Both the position numbers and the translations under genes were made by a program. Below are positions 20,199-27,819 of a stretch of 56,079 bases of DNA, piece by piece. The notes below the pieces were generated by a model that was not told where the DNA came from, did not search any database, and was given only the letters and a program-made list of their open reading frames with translations. Source of the stretch: a virus. Lineage: Duplodnaviria; Caudoviricetes. The stretch spans positions 1-56,079 of the IMG/VR virus record IMGVR_UViG_3300036945_000489. One strand, written 5' to 3'. The stretch's first letter is position 1, and each line of letters opens with the position of its first letter.

Positions 20199-20327
20199 CT
20201 TGTAAGTGTCCTAGGCAACGGCTTACAAGCGTGAGGGCTAACACGATAACGAAGCAAGTCTTAGACAACCGCAAGGCTCTAAGGCGAAACTAATCCTCCT
20301 GCCTAAATAACAGGGGGATTTCTTTTT
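20199..20327 (+). ncRNA. Multi-hairpin structured RNA ending in an intrinsic terminator
   Basis: Three hairpins, then ATCCTCCTG/CAGGGGGAT followed by TTCTTTTT. Confidence 0.5.
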
Positions 20328-20576
20328 GACTTGACAACTGATCCAAAAATGGTCGGGCAGCTCTAAGTGATAGAAAAAATAGTTTAAGAAACACCATATT
20401 AAATCCCCATAATGTCAGACCCCCCTGGTATAGTTATAGTAATCAAAGAAAGGAACCCCAATGCAAGGAACGTTTAGCATCAACTTTTGTGAGACCTGTA
20501 ATGACTTTGGCTTAGTGTCAGTGGTCAATGGTAAACTAATGGTTCAGTCGTGTGAATGTGTAAAGGGAGATAACTA

Positions 20577-20771
20577 ATGGCTTATGTTGAGTATGATGGA
20601 TTGTATTTTTCAGAGGATGGCAACTATGGTGGTGGCAAGATTATTATTGCTGACCATGACGCTTTCACTGAGGAGCAGATGGAACTACTAGGTTCACTTG
20701 GCGATAACTCTCGCTATGACTATGCCAATGCCGTTTTGAATGGCCAAGATGTTTCTGAATGGGAGGACTAA
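20577..20771 (+). CDS. Acidic early protein
   Basis: GGAG RBS; D/E-rich. Confidence 0.65.
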   Translation: MAYVEYDGLYFSEDGNYGGGKIIIADHDAFTEEQMELLGSLGDNSRYDYANAVLNGQDVSEWED

Positions 20772-20772
20772 G

Positions 20773-20931
20773 ATGGGATACCAATACGAAGTTTCTTATG
20801 TTGCTAACTACTATGTAGTGAGTGATGAAAAACTAACTGATGAGGAAATCATTGAGCAGGCTATTGAGCAACACGAAGACTTGCCAGATGGCAGTTGGAC
20901 AGTTGAGTTGGAGGAGGAAACAGTTGACTAA
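20773..20931 (+). CDS. Acidic early protein
   Basis: GGAGG RBS; start MGYQYEV. Confidence 0.6.
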   Translation: MGYQYEVSYVANYYVVSDEKLTDEEIIEQAIEQHEDLPDGSWTVELEEETVD

Positions 20932-21254
20932 GATAGTTTTAGATGTAGACGCAGACTACAACGGTAGCAACCTTGTAGAACTATGTGAGTTGCTACTAAC
21001 AGAGATTCAGGAGTTTCGTCAAGAGCGTGTTGGCCTTGACATCAATGATGGCTTTGGTGACTACCTTGAGGGACTTATCTCTGCTAGGGAAGTTATGCTT
21101 GGAAGACTTGGAGTACCCCTTGAAGTTTACATGGATGGAGATTGCTAATGAACTTTGACCACCTTACCCCAAGTATGTGGGAGACCCTACGCAAGTTTGA
21201 CTACTACCAACTGAGGAAGTTTGCTCAGATGTTTGAGCCACTGGAGGAGGACTA

Positions 21255-21458
21255 ATGGCTGAATACAGAGATGTAGTGATCGAATGGCACGATGAACCTG
21301 GAGTTCAATACGCAACTACCGTTTCACTTGACGGTGAGTGGAACTCTCTAGACGAGGATGATGATAACATCTTCTTCTACTTTTCAAGTGAGTCAGAGTT
21401 TGAAGAGGCAAAGCAAGATGGCGACAACGGGTATGAGTTCAGGATTGTGGAGGAGTAG
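21255..21458 (+). CDS. Acidic early protein
   Basis: GGAGG RBS; D/E-rich. Confidence 0.65.
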   Translation: MAEYRDVVIEWHDEPGVQYATTVSLDGEWNSLDEDDDNIFFYFSSESEFEEAKQDGDNGYEFRIVEE

Positions 21459-21460
21459 AA

Positions 21461-21664
21461 ATGGCAAGAATCGCTAGAGCAAGTGTTGTGTTTGAGTTCC
21501 AACTAGATGAGGACCCATTGTTTGAGATGGACCAACATGAATGGTCAGATGAACAACGCCTGACTTATTTCAAAGAGATGATGGCAGAGGACCTAATCAC
21601 CATGTCCTATGGTTCTGGAGCAGAACTAATCAACGCTATCGATGTGGAGATTCTAAATGTCTGA
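21461..21664 (+). CDS. Acidic early protein
   Basis: GGAG RBS. Confidence 0.65.
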   Translation: MARIARASVVFEFQLDEDPLFEMDQHEWSDEQRLTYFKEMMAEDLITMSYGSGAELINAIDVEILNV

Positions 21665-21814
21665 GGGTAATGCTAAAGTAGACACTATGAACAAATGCTA
21701 CCAATGTGAAGAACCATTAGACCGTGACCCAGTAGACGAGGTTCACCCCCTATGTAATGATTGCCAGTACGAGTTTGATGACTGGCTACAAAATGAGATG
21801 ATGAGGTTCAACTA

Positions 21815-22006
21815 ATGCCTATGTTCTATGTAAAGATGATGATTGAGTTCTCAGGTGAGATTGAAGCAGACAGCGAAGCAGACGCAGAGCAAAAGGCTTG
21901 GACCAGTTGGGGAGACACTATGGATAATGAGATAACTTATGACGGTGTCTATTCCGTAGATGTTGAAGAGATTGAAGAAGAAGATGACGAAGAAACAACT
22001 GAGTAG
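21815..22006 (+). CDS. Highly acidic early protein
   Basis: IEADSEADAE motif, poly-E/D tail. Confidence 0.65.
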   Translation: MPMFYVKMMIEFSGEIEADSEADAEQKAWTSWGDTMDNEITYDGVYSVDVEEIEEEDDEETTE

Positions 22007-22147
22007 GATTCTTGAAGAGTGGAGTGAAGAGTTCCACAAAGACTATATGGATAGTTATAATCAAGACTTACGCTCTGGCCACTACCGTGACTTATTGTCA
22101 GAGGTTATTGATAGAATAGATGCGTTGAACGCTTACAACAAAAAGAA

Positions 22148-22573
22148 ATGGTGGAAGAAATGAACGAGAGCATGCACCCAGTACTAGAGACACTAAAGAC
22201 ACGCATTGAACTACTTGAGCAAGAAGTGCAGGCAAAGCAGGACAACGTTGACAGTCTTCGCAATGATTTCAAACTGCTACAGGACCGTGGCATTCAGTAT
22301 GCTGAGCGTGTAAAGACTGTTGTCTATGACCTATACAAGGACGGTGGCTACGATGAAGACACCCTACTTGCAGTCATGCGTAATCTTGATATTGACACAC
22401 GTGCAAGCAAGAAGTTTGAAGTCAACGTGACTTTTGAGATAGAACTTGAATATGCCCTAGGTGAAGAGATTGACAAGAGCAACCTTGAGTGGGACCTAGA
22501 GTTTGATGTCAAGTCTGGAGACTATGAAGTTCTTGACTACAGGTCTGATATCCTTTGGAGCAACGAAGTTTAG
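22148..22573 (+). CDS. Early coiled-coil hypothetical protein
   Basis: ORF downstream of the TGTC promoter at 22096. Confidence 0.65.
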   Translation: MVEEMNESMHPVLETLKTRIELLEQEVQAKQDNVDSLRNDFKLLQDRGIQYAERVKTVVYDLYKDGGYDEDTLLAVMRNLDIDTRASKKFEVNVTFEIELEYALGEEIDKSNLEWDLEFDVKSGDYEVLDYRSDILWSNEV

Positions 22574-22585
22574 TAGGGGTACTAA

Positions 22586-22612
22586 AGGCCTGAGCAAGCT
22601 TGACAACTGCTC
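22586..22612 (+). ncRNA. H-type pseudoknot copy 4 (overlaps module TTGACA)
   Basis: AGGC-CTGAGCAA-GCTT-GACAAC-TGCTC. Confidence 0.55.
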
Positions 22613-22769
22613 CCCTTTGGGGACCGAGCAGATCAAAGATCCTTTGTCAACCCTTTAAGAAAGACTAATTATTTTTCCAGAAATATGCTAAATAACCTTG
22701 ACAATGTCAGTGGGTTCCTGTAAAATAGACTTATCACTCAGAAATCCCCTAAAAGAAAGTTGGCTCCCT

Positions 22770-23783
22770 ATGGCTCACGATTTGGAAACCGTAAACGGTC
22801 AGACTGCTTTCGCTTCATTGCGACAGCCTGCTTGGCACAACCTTGGCACAGTATTTCAGGACGAGGTAAACACTAACGAGATGTTGGCGTTGGCTCACCT
22901 TGACAACTGGAATGTTCGCCTTGAAGATGTTGCTATCCCTGATGGCTTTGCTTCAGACAAGGGCTACTCATTCGTGACACGCACGAACCCATTTGACCGC
23001 AACACTAATGATGTTCTTGGCGTTGTTGGTGAACGTTATGTTCCTCTTCAGAATGAAGACCTATTTAGTTTTGGTGACAACCTGCTAGACGGTGGTGGAC
23101 GTTGGGAAACTGCTGGCTCTATCAAGGGTGGACGTGTTGTCTTTGGCTCTATCGCATTGACTGACGGAATCACACTTGACCCTAACGGACGTGCTGACAA
23201 GATTGATAACTATCTTCTAATCAACACCTCTCACGATGGCTCTGTTGCTATTCAGGCTTCTATCACACCTGTTCGTGTTGTTTGTGCTAACACTCTAAAC
23301 TTGGCTTTGTCTGCTGTGAATGGCAAGAAAGATGTCAAGCAAACTTTCAAGATTCGCCACACCCAGACCGCAGAAGGCAAAATCGCTGTGGCACGTGAGG
23401 CTCTTGGACTTGCTCACAAATACATTGACGAGTTCTCTTCTATTGCTAACGCTATGATTGAAACTGAAATCACTAAGGCTCAGTTTGACGACATTGTTGC
23501 TCTTGCCTACCCTGCCCCTGCTAAGGACGCTAAGGGTTCACAAAAGAAACACGATGGCAAGATTGACCTGCTTCAGTCTATCTATGTTGGTGACTACAAC
23601 AACACCATTAGCGGAACTGCTTGGGGTGCTTTCAATGCTCTAACAGAACGCCTAGATTGGTATCGCAACTCACGTGGCGGAAACAACGAAAGCATTTATG
23701 CTTCTGCTTCAGGCTTTGACCCAGTAATCAACGCTGAGAAGAATCGCCTAATGAAGATTGTTCGCCAAACTGTAATGGCATAA
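22770..23783 (+). CDS. DUF932/DUF945 family phage/plasmid protein
   Basis: MAH...PAWHNLG, LGVVG.RY.PLQN, ETAGS..GGR.VF, NTSHDGS, P.RVVCANTL, TAWGAFNA.TE..D. Confidence 0.85.
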   Translation: MAHDLETVNGQTAFASLRQPAWHNLGTVFQDEVNTNEMLALAHLDNWNVRLEDVAIPDGFASDKGYSFVTRTNPFDRNTNDVLGVVGERYVPLQNEDLFSFGDNLLDGGGRWETAGSIKGGRVVFGSIALTDGITLDPNGRADKIDNYLLINTSHDGSVAIQASITPVRVVCANTLNLALSAVNGKKDVKQTFKIRHTQTAEGKIAVAREALGLAHKYIDEFSSIANAMIETEITKAQFDDIVALAYPAPAKDAKGSQKKHDGKIDLLQSIYVGDYNNTISGTAWGAFNALTERLDWYRNSRGGNNESIYASASGFDPVINAEKNRLMKIVRQTVMA

Positions 23784-23944
23784 CAATAAACAACACGCCT
23801 ATCCCTGGACTTGACATCTGGGGGTAGGCTGTGGCCGATCACATCTAAATAGGATTGTCAAGCTTAAAAATAGTATTAAGATATGCTTGACTTTTTCCCA
23901 GAATTTTGAGATAATTGATTATCAAATAGAAAGTAGGAATTCTA

Positions 23945-24442
23945 ATGGGTACACGCAATCTAACAGTAGTAAAAGACACAGAGGGTGAAGTTGTAGTAGC
24001 CCAGTATGGACAATGGGATGGCTATCCATCTTACACAGGAGCAGGAATCATTGGCTTCCTATCTGATTCACAGAATGTTGACTACCTAAAGGCTGGCCTT
24101 CACTCTGTTCGTTTTGTTTCAGATGATTACGTAGATAAGATTTATAACGAGGTTTCTAACCGTGCAGGTGATGAGGCTTTCAAAGAGGCATACCCTTCGC
24201 TAACCAGGGATGTGGGATGGCAGATTCTTGAGATCATTCGTGACAAGATGAATGTGCCTCTAGTAAACTCTATTGACTTTGCAGCGGATGAACTATTCTG
24301 TGAAGGGTACTATGAGATTGACTTCCAGACTAATAAGTTTATTAGTAAGTGGAATGGTATGACTATTGAGCACTCTATCAATGCCCTTCCAATGGTGGAA
24401 GATTACGTAGAAAGTTTTGAAAAAAGCTTGACAAACGCCTAG
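23945..24442 (+). CDS. Conserved phage early protein (MGTR...WDGYP family)
   Basis: MGTRNLT...QYGQWDGYPS motif. Confidence 0.75.
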   Translation: MGTRNLTVVKDTEGEVVVAQYGQWDGYPSYTGAGIIGFLSDSQNVDYLKAGLHSVRFVSDDYVDKIYNEVSNRAGDEAFKEAYPSLTRDVGWQILEIIRDKMNVPLVNSIDFAADELFCEGYYEIDFQTNKFISKWNGMTIEHSINALPMVEDYVESFEKSLTNA

Positions 24443-24485
24443 CCCTATGGCATAATGTATATACACCCCAAAAGTAAGGAAACCC

Positions 24486-25031
24486 ATGCACGTTTTACAA
24501 TGGATTGCTGTAAAGAACCCTGCCACATTTGATATCGAAGAGCTGGACACTTGCAAGCAGGAAGCCCATGACCTTGTCAAATCTAAGTTTGAAGAAATGT
24601 ATTCTGAGAGCGAAGGTCTTGGCGGTTGGTCTGACTGGTATATTGTAGGTGGGGGTAGGTGGAATCCTGACCCTGATAACCAATATAAAGAAGACGACTA
24701 CTCTATGGTTGTGTCTTATGGTGCAGAGCCTGATAAGTTTATTGAAACTATCAACAATGCTATTGAAGAGCGTAAGAATGAGTTTGCTACCTACCGTGAC
24801 CGCTTTGAGAAACAGAACATTGATATCTCTGCTAGTTTAGATAAGTATGACGGAACTACAGATTACTCATTCGACATGTATGAACTAAATAAACTAATTG
24901 ACATGTTGCAGGGTAAGTGGGATATGAACTCATACTTCTACGACCTAAATAACTGGTCAACAAATCCTAAATGGGTGCTTGACAATCTCGACGATTCATG
25001 GTATCTTATACCTGTAGACTTCCACTTCTAA
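24486..25031 (+). CDS. Early hypothetical protein
   Basis: MH...WSDWY.VGGGRW...PVDFH motif; TTGACA promoter. Confidence 0.7.
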   Translation: MHVLQWIAVKNPATFDIEELDTCKQEAHDLVKSKFEEMYSESEGLGGWSDWYIVGGGRWNPDPDNQYKEDDYSMVVSYGAEPDKFIETINNAIEERKNEFATYRDRFEKQNIDISASLDKYDGTTDYSFDMYELNKLIDMLQGKWDMNSYFYDLNNWSTNPKWVLDNLDDSWYLIPVDFHF

Positions 25032-25041
25032 GGAGACCCCA

Positions 25042-25458
25042 ATGTCTAAATTCTATACCTATTCCTCTTGGGCAGATACATTCAAGCCAACCAAGAACCA
25101 CATCACTAATGGTATTGATACTCACTTTGAAACCTATGGTGAGGAGCAAGAGTTCGTACGTACAACTGACCCTAAGTTTATCTGGACTGAGGTAGACGGT
25201 GACAGTGGCACTTACATTGTTGCTGGCTATCACTATGTGAATCGCATTCATTACTACATCACTGAGAATCCTTGGGATGATGAGATGACTGAAGTACCTA
25301 CTTGGGTATACCGCCAGTGTGACTGTGCTGAACAGAACGAAGACGGCGACTACGACCCTGACTGCCCAGAGTGTGATGAGGGAATGATTGACATTGACTG
25401 TGACACTGTGGTAGCATTGAAAGACATCTATGGAGAGGACGCACCAATTGTCAGTTGA
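25042..25458 (+). CDS. Hypothetical protein with C-terminal CxC/CxxC
   Basis: FETYGEE..FV...IWT...G.HYVNR.HYYITE; AGGAG RBS. Confidence 0.7.
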   Translation: MSKFYTYSSWADTFKPTKNHITNGIDTHFETYGEEQEFVRTTDPKFIWTEVDGDSGTYIVAGYHYVNRIHYYITENPWDDEMTEVPTWVYRQCDCAEQNEDGDYDPDCPECDEGMIDIDCDTVVALKDIYGEDAPIVS

Positions 25459-25611
25459 GATTCTAAACCCAGACGTAGTATGTGCGGACTGTGGCACTGA
25501 GTATACACCAGATGGTGAATGGGTTGGCGACACATTTATGTGTGACAGCCAGCAAGAGTATTGCTTGAACTGCTGTGGTTGTGAAGACCATGACATTACT
25601 GAAGAAGGGCC

Positions 25612-25968
25612 GTGGTACTAATGGCTATTCCAGATCTTGATACAGCCCTAGGCAGGCTAATAGACTATGACCTAAACATCTATCACCTAGAAGAAGAGAA
25701 CGACGAAGGTGAGTATGAGTACACTGACCAATGGTACGTTGACATCTATGAGTATCTAGATAGAGACCAGATGCATGTTGCTGGCCCATTCATGATTACT
25801 GATAACCAGAGGGACCTGCTCCAGCTTGGTACAGGAGGTTACTTCACTGACGATGACTCTTGGTATGGCATGTGGGGATTCATGGCTGACTACAAAGGCA
25901 AGTTACTTCCAGAACTGCTAAGCATTCTGCAGTCATTGCCTAAGTACAAGGATGAGACCTTGTTCTAA
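25612..25968 (+). CDS. Acidic hypothetical protein
   Basis: ORF in early operon. Confidence 0.6.
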   Translation: MVLMAIPDLDTALGRLIDYDLNIYHLEEENDEGEYEYTDQWYVDIYEYLDRDQMHVAGPFMITDNQRDLLQLGTGGYFTDDDSWYGMWGFMADYKGKLLPELLSILQSLPKYKDETLF

Positions 25969-26304
25969 TTAAATAAACTTCCATGTTGAGACTACTCCAT
26001 GGAATACATATGGTAGGGGTACCATATGAAAGGGTATGGTTGGTAGGGGTACCATCATATCTTAGAGGGGCAGAGCGAGAGACATTTCCTACTTTCACTC
26101 TTGCTCTCCCCTCTTATTTTTGCTATAATGAGTTGAGGTATAAAATGAGAAAGCACGCACTAACAGAGGAACAAAAGACAGCAGTAAAGATAACCAAACT
26201 ACTAGACAGCGTATCACTTGACTTGGACAGAGTGGGAATTGAGATTGCCAGAATAAGACCAACAACAATGTATAACCGCCTAATGCTCGTAGCAGAATCA
26301 GCAG

Positions 26305-26586
26305 TTGAAGAACAGGAAAATAATGGAAGAAACGACCTACGCTAATAAGTGTGCCATCCTAGCAGACCTATGGATGACCTATCGCAATGATGAACAGTTC
26401 CAAGACTTCATTGAGTATAACGACTTGGGCTTGCCCTTGTCCTATGCCATTGATAGTGAGATTGTAAAGTCAACAGAGATGGCTCAGCGTTTCATTGAAG
26501 AGGCATTCAGTCTCTTGCTTGCTGGACTAGACATTGCTGAAGACGCAGGGTATGAAACTATGGATGACATCCTAGGGGGACTATAA
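26305..26586 (+). CDS. Hypothetical protein
   Basis: DF.EYNDLGLPL motif; distant paralog of 26615..26878. Confidence 0.6.
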   Translation: MKNRKIMEETTYANKCAILADLWMTYRNDEQFQDFIEYNDLGLPLSYAIDSEIVKSTEMAQRFIEEAFSLLLAGLDIAEDAGYETMDDILGGL

Positions 26587-26614
26587 TGTCAGAGGGGTAT
26601 GGTAAGGTAGTAGT

Positions 26615-26878
26615 ATGAATAAGATAACTAAAGACCAGTTCCTAGACATTTGCTTTGCTATCAACGAAGCCTATACAGATGTTCGTATGGACTACATTGG
26701 TGATAAGACTATTTACAATCAGGAAGTGTTTGACCAAGTGTTGGTTGAGGACTATTTGTATTGTGGTCTAGCCCAATGTATCTATCTTGACATTGTTCCT
26801 TATGACACTTTGACTGATGAAGCAATCAACGCAATTATGGAACTGTATCAGGACTACTTGGCATTAGAGCTAATCTAA
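26615..26878 (+). CDS. Hypothetical protein, probably leaderless
   Basis: ATG 6 nt after the -10 of the TGTC promoter at 26587. Confidence 0.6.
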   Translation: MNKITKDQFLDICFAINEAYTDVRMDYIGDKTIYNQEVFDQVLVEDYLYCGLAQCIYLDIVPYDTLTDEAINAIMELYQDYLALELI

Positions 26879-26959
26879 AAGAAAACAGGATTGCCCCTTG
26901 ACAAAGGGGTTTTCTTGTGCCCGAACCAATGTTATCAAACTGTTATCAAACCATATTGA

Positions 26960-27670
26960 CAAAAAGACATTACGAAGGTATAATATATTTCCCCGAATGT
27001 CCAAACATTTGTATATCAAAAACAAATTTGTTTTGCATATAAGACATTACGATGAGATCAGAAAAATCGTGGAAGTTTGTATGTGTTATTACTACCTATA
27101 GGGATAATGGGTATAGCTTTATCTACCCCAGCAAAGCTGGTGGCCAAAGGCCAGGGTATAAGAGGATCATCTTTGATACCAAATCCCCCTAGTATAAGTA
27201 ATAACACATAGGCAGATATGGGATTACGAAGAACATTAAAAAATCCCAGAAAGTCTATATGTTTTATATATATTTATGTATGTTTGTTTAAATAAGTATA
27301 TAGTTTGTTATCATTTTGTTATAAAAAATATGGCCTATTTGGGAATAGCTGGGATATAAATATTTGATAACAATGTTTGGATATGGTGGTTTGGGGGTTG
27401 ACAAATGATTACGTTTATGGTAAGAGGTGTTCTATTCTCCACTAATCTCCACTTCCATCCACTTATTAACACTCTGTGTATAACTCAGTAAGATATTTAA
27501 GCTAACAAACACCATCAGAACATACTCTAATAAGCCATAGAAGCCTCATAGAGAGGTTTAAATGTCTGGGGGTATTAGATCATGCATATGGGGGTTATGT
27601 CTTGATATGGAGGATATCAGGAGATGTGGATAACTCTGATATCTGTGGATAAACCTGTGTATAACCTTAT
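26960..27670. other. Candidate replication origin / non-coding control region
   Basis: ATTACG repeats, AT-rich tract, 10-bp-phased TCCACT x3, DnaA boxes at 27475, 27625, 27644, 27656. Confidence 0.5.
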
Positions 27671-27819
27671 CTATTTAACCAAGCAAGACCAAATGTTGCT
27701 ATGATTAAAATAGCCAAACCAATGTATTGTTCCATAGGGTATTCTTTCTACTAGGTGTATCTTATACTAGGGTTAATGAGAGTATCTCTTGATACCCCCA
27801 GAAAATGCTATAATTTATT

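Larger units (their letters stand above)
14659..26608 (+). promoter_or_regulatory. Dispersed early promoter class TGTC(A/T/G)-N11-TAnnnT (at least 17 copies)
   Basis: TGTC at 14659, 14919, 15657, 16030, 16220, 16451, 17329, 17915, 18091, 19039, 19639, 20413, 20516, 21658, 22096, 22705, 26587; the 5-mer always ends 11 nt before a -10 hexamer. Confidence 0.8.
15175..26975. repeat. Nine dispersed intergenic TTGACA/CG-core modules
   Basis: TTGACA at 15175, 15901, 16953, 17238, 18923, 20331, 22600, 23811, 26898, each with a TCGGG/CCGA core 17-19 nt downstream. Confidence 0.8.

Noticed and set aside
20246-20292. Hammerhead ribozyme (stem followed by GAAAC)
   Set aside because: No CUGANGA core upstream of the stem
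15175-26975. CRISPR array or integron attC interpretation of the repeats
   Set aside because: Repeats are degenerate and 0.3-3 kb apart with genes between; no attC-type long inverted repeat; no cas or integrase in the window
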